Assembly (NCBI GenBank): GCA_026770705.1
Contig: JANJGN010000014.1
Span: 68,634,001-68,698,000, forward strand
Length of the DNA: 64,000 nt
Direction: 5' to 3'
From: Isurus oxyrinchus
Taxonomy: Eukaryota
Below the pieces are notes generated by a model. The model saw only the letters and a list, made by a program, of their open reading frames with translations. It was not told the origin of the DNA and did not search any database. This document shows positions 63,101 through 64,000 of this stretch, piece by piece. Position 1 is the stretch's first letter. The number at the start of each line of letters is the position of its first letter. The position numbers and the translations under genes were made by a program.

Positions 63101-64000
63101 ATCCAGATGATAATGGAGGCTCAGAAATTACTAATTATATAGCAGAAAACCGTCAGCCCAGCCAAAGAGGATGGTCTGTGATCTCATCTGATTTGACTAA
63201 ACGTGTGGTCAAAGTTCCAATTACAACAAATCGTGAATACTTCTTCCGTGTGTGTGCAGAAAACAAAGTAGGACTAGGTCCAACCATTGAAACCAAAACA
63301 CCAATTTTAGCCATAGATCCTATTGAAAGACCTGGAGAACCTGAAAATTTTCATGTTGCTGATATAGGAAAGACATTTGTCCTGCTTAATTGGAAAAGAC
63401 CCGATTATGATGGTGGTAGTCCTAACCTGTCTTATCATGTCGAAAAAAGGTTAAAGGATTCAGATGAATGGGAAAGATTACACAAAGGAAGTATTAAAGA
63501 CACTAGTTTCATGGCTGACCGATGTATTGAAAACCAGACCTATCAGTTTAGAGTTCAAACTAAGAATGAAGGTGGTGAAAGTGACTGGGTGAAGACAGAT
63601 TATATTATTGTGAAGCAAGAAATACAGAAACCAGTCTTGGATCTAAAGCTAACTGGAACACTAACTGTAAAAGCAGGAGAAACTATCAGAATTGAGGCAA
63701 CTCTCAGAGGCAAACCTCAACCAGAAGTTGTTTGGGTAAAGGACAAAGATGCAATTGATCTTAGCAGATCACCTCGGGCTAAGATTGAAACAACTGCTGA
63801 TGCAGCCAAGCTCACTATAACTAAAGCTAAACGAGAGAACAGCGGTAAATATGTAATCACAGCAACTAACCCAGCTGGTAGCTTTACAGCATATGCTACC
63901 GTGAATGTTTTGGATGTACCAAGTGAAGTCAGAAGCCTAAAGGTATCTGGCATTGCAAGTGATAGGTGTAGAGTCAGCTGGGACCCACCAGCAAATGATG
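1..64000 (+). CDS. TTN: Titin gene, internal portion: distal I-band Ig (~I87-I105), I/A junction, A-band D-zone super-repeats; 77 exons
   Basis: Tandem I-set Ig exons, then FN3 exons with PGPP...W.PP..DGGS.I..Y...Y.FRV.A.N..G motifs in Ig-Fn-Fn-Ig-Fn-Fn-Fn order. Contains a recognisable I91(I27) sequence. Exon phases are compatible and split-domain exon pairs sum to multiples of 3. Confidence 0.99.
227..353 (+). CDS. TTN: TTN exon, Ig ~I87 C-half
   Basis: cag|TCEMKAEG...LRVK|gtaac. Confidence 0.92.
479..745 (+). CDS. TTN: TTN exon, Ig ~I88
   Basis: 267 nt, EIELDFEVPL...LTVT, AG/GT. Confidence 0.93.
802..930 (-). mobile_element. Mini Penelope-derived element (pLTR end with hammerhead motif)
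   Basis: 10-bp direct repeat gtttaatgtg at 792-801 and 931-940. Shares the ...gctggaaaaactcagcag.tctggcagcatc... terminus with the GIY-YIG element at 49.6 kb. Confidence 0.8.
1214..1335 (-). mobile_element. Degenerate Deu-domain SINE fragment
   Basis: Reverse complement resembles the Deu-domain copy at 33240-33400 (aatgaa.ta.ttttgaagt...ctgttgtaatgtagg). Confidence 0.55.
1424..1690 (+). CDS. TTN: TTN exon, Ig ~I89
   Basis: 267 nt, MRLKFITPL...LNVI. Confidence 0.93.
2560..3480 (+). pseudogene. Harbinger DDE transposase (HARBI1-like) remnant
   Basis: Frameshifted pieces such as IAQAAAHGVTNSLYKRA, FINRRG.H...QLVWDRRRHILLVSSGFLGCSH and CCALHNL. Confidence 0.75.
3915..4425 (-). mobile_element. 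3' fragment of a CR1/L2-group LINE nested in the Harbinger
   Basis: VRSVEYSPLAWMSAASATLKKFDTIQDKAACL... post-RT region typical of this shark LINE family. Confidence 0.75.
4440..6000 (-). pseudogene. Harbinger Myb/SANT-like DNA-binding gene remnant
   Basis: RMALQFSDA / EVLFPSSGIRRPSSLTKYVW...CVQCSKRVN and EKMAH...TVGGGVPNVRSLTSAEE pieces. Confidence 0.65.
6573..6836 (+). CDS. TTN: TTN exon, Ig ~I90
   Basis: EADPYFIVKL...LNIE. Confidence 0.93.
6940..7079 (+). CDS. TTN: TTN exon, Ig I91 (I27) N-half
   Basis: RIIKITHPLHGVEIFEGETAHFEVE...SP. Confidence 0.93.
7324..7450 (+). CDS. TTN: TTN exon, Ig I91 (I27) C-half
   Basis: RCEIIEDGKKHILTLYNC...AANLKVK. Confidence 0.93.
7664..7930 (+). CDS. TTN: TTN exon, Ig ~I92 (GC donor)
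   Basis: 267 nt; ends AAG|gcaagc. Confidence 0.88.
8035..8301 (+). CDS. TTN: TTN exon, Ig ~I93
   Basis: IRLEFTKPL...LTVL. Confidence 0.93.
8410..8676 (+). CDS. TTN: TTN exon, Ig ~I94
   Basis: EGDPYFIRKL...LNIE. Confidence 0.93.
8859..8998 (+). CDS. TTN: TTN exon, Ig ~I95 N-half
   Basis: RDIKILRPLY...HPSP. Confidence 0.92.
9107..9233 (+). CDS. TTN: TTN exon, Ig ~I95 C-half
   Basis: DVEIKKEGTKH...HLRVK. Confidence 0.92.
9234..9955 (+). promoter_or_regulatory. Candidate internal (Cronos-like) titin promoter intron
   Basis: Position matches the recalled human intron 239 (flanking exons 127 and 143 nt). TATAAATA 9351, E-box CAACTG 9531, CCAAT 9589 and 9602, Kozak gaaATGg 9637. Confidence 0.45.
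9706..9820. mobile_element. Short Harbinger-type MITE remnant
   Basis: GC-rich island bounded by ggattttcc...gaattcaccc, like the other MITE ends here. Confidence 0.45.
9956..10098 (+). CDS. TTN: TTN exon, Ig ~I96 N-half (probable orthologue of human exon 240)
   Basis: 143 nt, RVISLLRPLKDVTVTAG...EPSEK; aag acceptor. Confidence 0.9.
10671..10952. repeat. Inverted repeat, ~58-bp arms, ~165-bp spacer
   Basis: 10671-10728 is the reverse complement of 10894-10952 with 2 mismatches and 1 indel. Confidence 0.9.
11015..11272 (-). mobile_element. tRNA-derived SINE
   Basis: Minus strand has A-box tggcatagtg and B-box ggttcgaatcc, followed by gaaatttgaattcaataaaaatctgg. Confidence 0.75.
12445..12568 (+). 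CDS. TTN: TTN exon, Ig ~I96 C-half
   Basis: VVTRTEGRVHTFTLRDVQLEEAG...LIVK. Confidence 0.9.
12678..12944 (+). CDS. TTN: TTN exon, Ig ~I97
   Basis: PPVEFTKPL...LTVE. Confidence 0.93.
13053..13150 (+). CDS. TTN: TTN exon, Ig ~I98 N-part
   Basis: LHVEFTKPLTDLEVKEKE...ENAK. Confidence 0.9.
13448..14094. mobile_element. Harbinger-type MITE
   Basis: Imperfect TIR gggctgaattttgccctt / aaggaaaaattttgccc, 3-bp aag duplication, internal hairpin catgaaacctcatcc...ggatgaggtttcatg. Confidence 0.75.
14387..14534 (-). mobile_element. Mini Penelope-derived element with hammerhead motif
   Basis: 13-bp TSD caggatatcatag (14374-14386, 14535-14547); near identical to the termini of the 49.6-51.4 kb element. 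Confidence 0.85.
14487..14525 (-). ncRNA. Minimal type I hammerhead ribozyme motif (best-preserved copy)
   Basis: AGUU-CUGUCGA-A-GGGUC-AUGAG-GACUC-GAAAC-GUC-AACU: stem I AGUU/AACU, 5-bp stem II, palindromic loopless stem III (ACGU). Confidence 0.65.
15255..15960 (+). mobile_element. LINE APE-endonuclease fragments, two tandem degenerate copies
   Basis: NIWKFIQKLGELFHRL*QQPDIVMLRDSYL...ITTF.PPSAEESVLLHVE at 15570-15960; an earlier, more degenerate copy at 15255-15440. Confidence 0.7.
16727..18473. mobile_element. Palindromic Penelope-like element (inverted pLTRs) with nested CR1
   Basis: 16-bp TSD ttagctaaaatttaaa (16711-16726, 18474-18489). Arm 16730-17233 mirrors 17245-17582 plus 18271-18445. 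Confidence 0.85.
17583..18270 (+). mobile_element. CR1 LINE 3' fragment
   Basis: QVQQAIKKANDMLAFIARGFKY...RPHLEYCVQFWSPYLRKD...YEERLSRLGLYSLEFRRMRGDLIE; typical 3' UTR ending ...ctcctgttccttgtttctatg. Confidence 0.92.
19444..19612 (+). CDS. TTN: TTN exon, Ig ~I98 C-part
   Basis: VHWFKDGVE...LTVL. Confidence 0.92.
19704..19970 (+). CDS. TTN: TTN exon, Ig ~I99
   Basis: EDAVFTKNL...LKVH. Confidence 0.92.
20064..20330 (+). CDS. TTN: TTN exon, Ig ~I100
   Basis: LAAEFISRPQNL...LTVI. Confidence 0.93.
20412..20555. mobile_element. Short element with a 19-bp perfect inverted repeat and probable TSD; degenerate hammerhead-like core on minus
   Basis: ttgaatattgctgaaaaga (20412-20430) and its reverse complement (20513-20531); flanking tcaaatta(c/t)att direct repeat. 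Confidence 0.55.
20603..21375. mobile_element. Degenerate MITE-like element
   Basis: Ends ctggacatttta / taaaattcccag; GC-richer than the surrounding intron. Confidence 0.4.
21802..22080 (+). CDS. TTN: TTN exon, Ig ~I101
   Basis: HLRIITPIKD...LEVH. Confidence 0.93.
22171..22579 (+). CDS. TTN: TTN exon, Ig ~I102 plus I103 N-half
   Basis: EELKIIEPLED...RESK. Confidence 0.92.
22678..22802 (+). CDS. TTN: TTN exon, Ig ~I103 C-half (GC donor)
   Basis: YQFEKDG...RARLFVE; AAG|gcaagt. Confidence 0.9.
22891..23157 (+). CDS. TTN: TTN exon, Ig ~I104
   Basis: IPVEIIRPPQD...LELA. Confidence 0.93.
23264..23551 (+). CDS. TTN: TTN exon, Ig ~I105
   Basis: VPIIKVTDL...NLDVI. Confidence 0.92.
23663..23962 (+). 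CDS. TTN: TTN exon, first FN3 of the I/A junction
   Basis: VPGPIQNL...DGGSKI...YLFRV. Confidence 0.93.
24067..24369 (+). CDS. TTN: TTN exon, FN3
   Basis: VPDAPLNV...MDPI. Confidence 0.93.
24462..24649 (+). CDS. TTN: TTN exon, FN3 N-part
   Basis: KPSPPIEF...ETTFK. Confidence 0.9.
25735..25849 (+). CDS. TTN: TTN exon, FN3 C-part
   Basis: VTGLKQGEKYYYRV...DDPH. Confidence 0.9.
25964..26248 (+). CDS. TTN: TTN exon, Ig
   Basis: APSLDLRAFKD...VNVI. Confidence 0.93.
26400..26850 (-). mobile_element. Old L2-like LINE fragment
   Basis: Minus-strand VTFDQELSF resembles the L2 post-RT LGVxFDxxLSF motif. Confidence 0.4.
26922..27073 (+). CDS. TTN: TTN exon, FN3 N-part
   Basis: RPSAPKDFKV...SWVK. 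Confidence 0.9.
28015..28162 (+). CDS. TTN: TTN exon, FN3 C-part
   Basis: VIERVQDLEFTVPDL...SAPA. Confidence 0.9.
28852..29104. mobile_element. MITE remnant
   Basis: ggctgatattttcc ... ggaaattttgtc ends. Confidence 0.45.
29176..29353 (+). CDS. TTN: TTN exon, FN3 N-part
   Basis: VPDPPENV...NEL. Confidence 0.9.
29441..29562 (+). CDS. TTN: TTN exon, FN3 C-part
   Basis: MEVTNLNEGEWYSYRV...DPK. Confidence 0.9.
29897..30062 (+). mobile_element. Mini Penelope-derived element with inverted ends and degenerate hammerhead
   Basis: 12-bp TSD atgcagttttca (29885-29896, 30063-30074); tcaaaaacagaaaatg / cattttctgtttttga inverted; ctgaagg-a-gggtc...gattt-gaaac. Confidence 0.8.
30203..30490 (+). CDS. TTN: TTN exon, Ig
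   Basis: TPEINLDVKLLAG...VNIL. Confidence 0.93.
30587..30883 (+). CDS. TTN: TTN exon, FN3
   Basis: KPGPPAAFDI...KYAF. Confidence 0.93.
30994..31180 (+). CDS. TTN: TTN exon, FN3 N-part
   Basis: PPGPPTRL...TNF. Confidence 0.92.
31981..32420. mobile_element. Harbinger-type MITE remnant
   Basis: Starts gggcagaatctt; GC-rich. Confidence 0.45.
32990..33597 (+). mobile_element. L2 LINE 3' end with nested Deu-domain SINE (~33240-33400)
   Basis: ttcagc...ggccctaaactctggaattccctcc...ctccttaaaacc...gtaaatctaagttgtt. The Deu core reads gtgggatcttgctatgtgcaaattagctgc...ggctgtaaagcgctttggga. Confidence 0.7.
33861..33976 (+). CDS. TTN: TTN exon, FN3 C-part
   Basis: VKGLTPKKKYKFRV...DPI. Confidence 0.92.
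34196..34495 (+). CDS. TTN: TTN exon, FN3
   Basis: PPWPPGKP...KDRL. Confidence 0.93.
34612..34911 (+). CDS. TTN: TTN exon, FN3
   Basis: PPSPPRWL...KDTF. Confidence 0.93.
35011..35116 (+). CDS. TTN: TTN exon, FN3 N-part
   Basis: TPGPPYALTV...RPIQ. Confidence 0.9.
35211..35407 (+). CDS. TTN: TTN exon, FN3 C-part
   Basis: YVIEKKEKLG...EDPT. Confidence 0.92.
35503..35808 (+). CDS. TTN: TTN exon, FN3
   Basis: PPSPPLELH...KDSD. Confidence 0.93.
35919..36197 (+). CDS. TTN: TTN exon, Ig (start of D-zone, ~A1)
   Basis: NPSIEVQTQDI...VKVI. Confidence 0.93.
36302..36601 (+). CDS. TTN: TTN exon, FN3
   Basis: VPGQCKDI...EDQK. Confidence 0.93.
36709..37011 (+). CDS. TTN: TTN exon, FN3
   Basis: RPDPPVDL...DPV. 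Confidence 0.93.
37184..37558 (+). CDS. TTN: TTN exon, Ig with charged loop insertion
   Basis: 375 nt, PPKVFL...KKEVVEEEPF...VNVL. Confidence 0.93.
37671..37973 (+). CDS. TTN: TTN exon, FN3
   Basis: TPGPPVNF...KNPF. Confidence 0.93.
38181..38480 (+). CDS. TTN: TTN exon, FN3
   Basis: PPEAPDKP...QDPI. Confidence 0.93.
38581..38877 (+). CDS. TTN: TTN exon, FN3
   Basis: PPGPPIPRIL...MDPR. Confidence 0.92.
38966..39250 (+). CDS. TTN: TTN exon, Ig
   Basis: PPVVEFDDSVKAG...VDVV. Confidence 0.92.
39349..39642 (+). CDS. TTN: TTN exon, FN3
   Basis: VPGPILDL...VDPL. Confidence 0.93.
39727..40026 (+). CDS. TTN: TTN exon, FN3
   Basis: PPTSPEKF...QDDE. Confidence 0.93.
40159..40467 (+). CDS. TTN: TTN exon, Ig
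   Basis: PPIVRLRL...VNIL. Confidence 0.93.
40575..40765 (+). CDS. TTN: TTN exon, FN3 N-part
   Basis: KPSPPRNL...ERRYG|gtaatg. Confidence 0.88.
40872..41301 (+). CDS. TTN: TTN exon, FN3 C-part plus FN3
   Basis: VWKLTTDGEYQFRV...TDPK. Confidence 0.92.
41576..41884 (+). CDS. TTN: TTN exon, FN3
   Basis: PPSAPSSP...KETL. Confidence 0.92.
41972..42120 (+). CDS. TTN: TTN exon, Ig N-part
   Basis: EPDITLEVSAQD...KTVIK. Confidence 0.92.
43683..45020. mobile_element. Non-autonomous Harbinger-type remnant
   Basis: Ends tgggaattttaa / ttaaaattccgccc. Confidence 0.45.
45985..48012 (-). mobile_element. CR1 LINE, 5'-truncated, with a 423-aa RT ORF (46506-47777)
   Basis: NYRPVSLTSVVGKLLE, QHGFVKGRSCLTNL, DFSKAFDKVPH. 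Catalytic FADD is degraded to FVGD, so inactive. Confidence 0.95.
49597..51374 (-). mobile_element. Penelope-like retroelement, 5'-truncated, inverted pLTRs, GIY-YIG endonuclease
   Basis: ORF 50075-50404 FTCISPNLVYCIRCSQCGLLYIGETKRKLGDRFAEH...GLN; arms 49599-~50163 and ~50767-51329; 11-bp TSD ttactacttca (49586-49596, 51375-51385). Confidence 0.93.
51239..51277 (+). ncRNA. Minimal type I hammerhead motif in TTN-sense orientation
   Basis: AGUU-CUGUCGA-A-GGGUC-AUGAG-GACUC-GAAAU-GUC-AACU. Confidence 0.55.
52735..52966 (+). mobile_element. CR1 3' end fragment
   Basis: ttcacgcagcgagtggttaaggtctgg...gatgggccgagtggcctccttctgcactgtaa...ttctgtga. Confidence 0.8.
53298..53330 (+). CDS. TTN: TTN 33-nt microexon (DKDHNLPADAQ)
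   Basis: tttag|...|gtaata, phase 0/0; resembles recalled human DGVHDIPEDAQ. Confidence 0.85.
53443..53572 (+). CDS. TTN: TTN exon, Ig C-part
   Basis: VESIKTK...GRYSITAKN...VNVL. Confidence 0.92.
53663..53962 (+). CDS. TTN: TTN exon, FN3
   Basis: MPGPPKDL...RDPI. Confidence 0.93.
54074..54391 (+). CDS. TTN: TTN exon, FN3
   Basis: PPEPPTKL...KDQT. Confidence 0.93.
54490..54786 (+). CDS. TTN: TTN exon, Ig
   Basis: PPEIELNEF...LNVL. Confidence 0.93.
54916..55215 (+). CDS. TTN: TTN exon, FN3
   Basis: RPGPPVGPIKF...RNLF. Confidence 0.93.
55612..55926 (+). CDS. TTN: TTN exon, FN3
   Basis: VPGACDKP...RDPI. Confidence 0.92.
56266..56414 (+). CDS. TTN: TTN exon, FN3 N-part
   Basis: PPGPPFPKV...EWEK. 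Confidence 0.92.
56441..57054. mobile_element. Harbinger-type MITE remnant
   Basis: gggctgaatttctg ... cagaaatctggc ends. Confidence 0.5.
57116..57266 (+). CDS. TTN: TTN exon, FN3 C-part
   Basis: VKDKEVRG...KDRT. Confidence 0.92.
57355..57636 (+). CDS. TTN: TTN exon, Ig
   Basis: VPDINLDASV...VDVL. Confidence 0.93.
57724..58026 (+). CDS. TTN: TTN exon, FN3
   Basis: VPGPVGEPF...KEPM. Confidence 0.93.
58132..58434 (+). CDS. TTN: TTN exon, FN3
   Basis: VPERPEDL...KDQL. Confidence 0.93.
58516..58797 (+). CDS. TTN: TTN exon, Ig
   Basis: PPILELDFRDK...VTVV. Confidence 0.93.
58889..59188 (+). CDS. TTN: TTN exon, FN3
   Basis: RPQPPVGPV...KDRF. Confidence 0.93.
59514..59816 (+). CDS. TTN: TTN exon, FN3
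   Basis: VPEAPEQP...KDPI. Confidence 0.92.
59918..60226 (+). CDS. TTN: TTN exon, FN3
   Basis: KPSPPINP...KDRL. Confidence 0.93.
60339..60620 (+). CDS. TTN: TTN exon, Ig
   Basis: APELFVDANM...VTVL. Confidence 0.93.
60733..61032 (+). CDS. TTN: TTN exon, FN3
   Basis: KPGPPRNL...IDPI. Confidence 0.93.
61138..61431 (+). CDS. TTN: TTN exon, FN3
   Basis: PPGPPKNL...QEKL. Confidence 0.93.
61547..64000 (+). CDS. TTN: TTN large multi-domain exon (Ig-Fn-Fn-Fn-Ig-Fn-Fn-Ig-Fn...), runs off the window; probable orthologue of human exon 304
   Basis: Uninterrupted frame from SPSVDIDVKLIEGL to the window end; absent from the ORF track because it has no stop in the window. Confidence 0.93.

Noticed and set aside
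6607-63953. Many minus-strand ORFs overlapping titin exons
   Set aside because: Antisense shadows of the coding frames with no independent protein features.

Overview
This is a 64-kb internal segment of a vertebrate titin (TTN) gene on the + strand. The repeat content (Penelope, CR1, Deu-domain SINE, Harbinger) points to a cartilaginous fish. I traced 77 exons (first and last truncated by the window edges) whose splice phases join into one open frame. They encode the distal I-band Ig domains (about I87-I105, including the I91/I27 orthologue), the I/A-junction FN3/Ig stretch and the A-band D-zone 7-domain super-repeats (Ig-Fn-Fn-Ig-Fn-Fn-Fn). Two introns use GC donors and there is a 33-nt microexon. 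Large introns hold decayed Harbinger transposons, CR1 and L2-type LINE fragments, SINEs, MITEs and Penelope-like elements. The most notable non-coding signal is a family of target-site-duplication-flanked Penelope-derived insertions of about 130 bp to 1.8 kb carrying minimal type I hammerhead ribozyme motifs; two of them are long inverted repeats within the pre-mRNA. The intron that probably corresponds to the Cronos internal titin promoter is also here. Exon boundaries were read by eye; human numbering and human sequence comparisons are recalled from memory, not searched.
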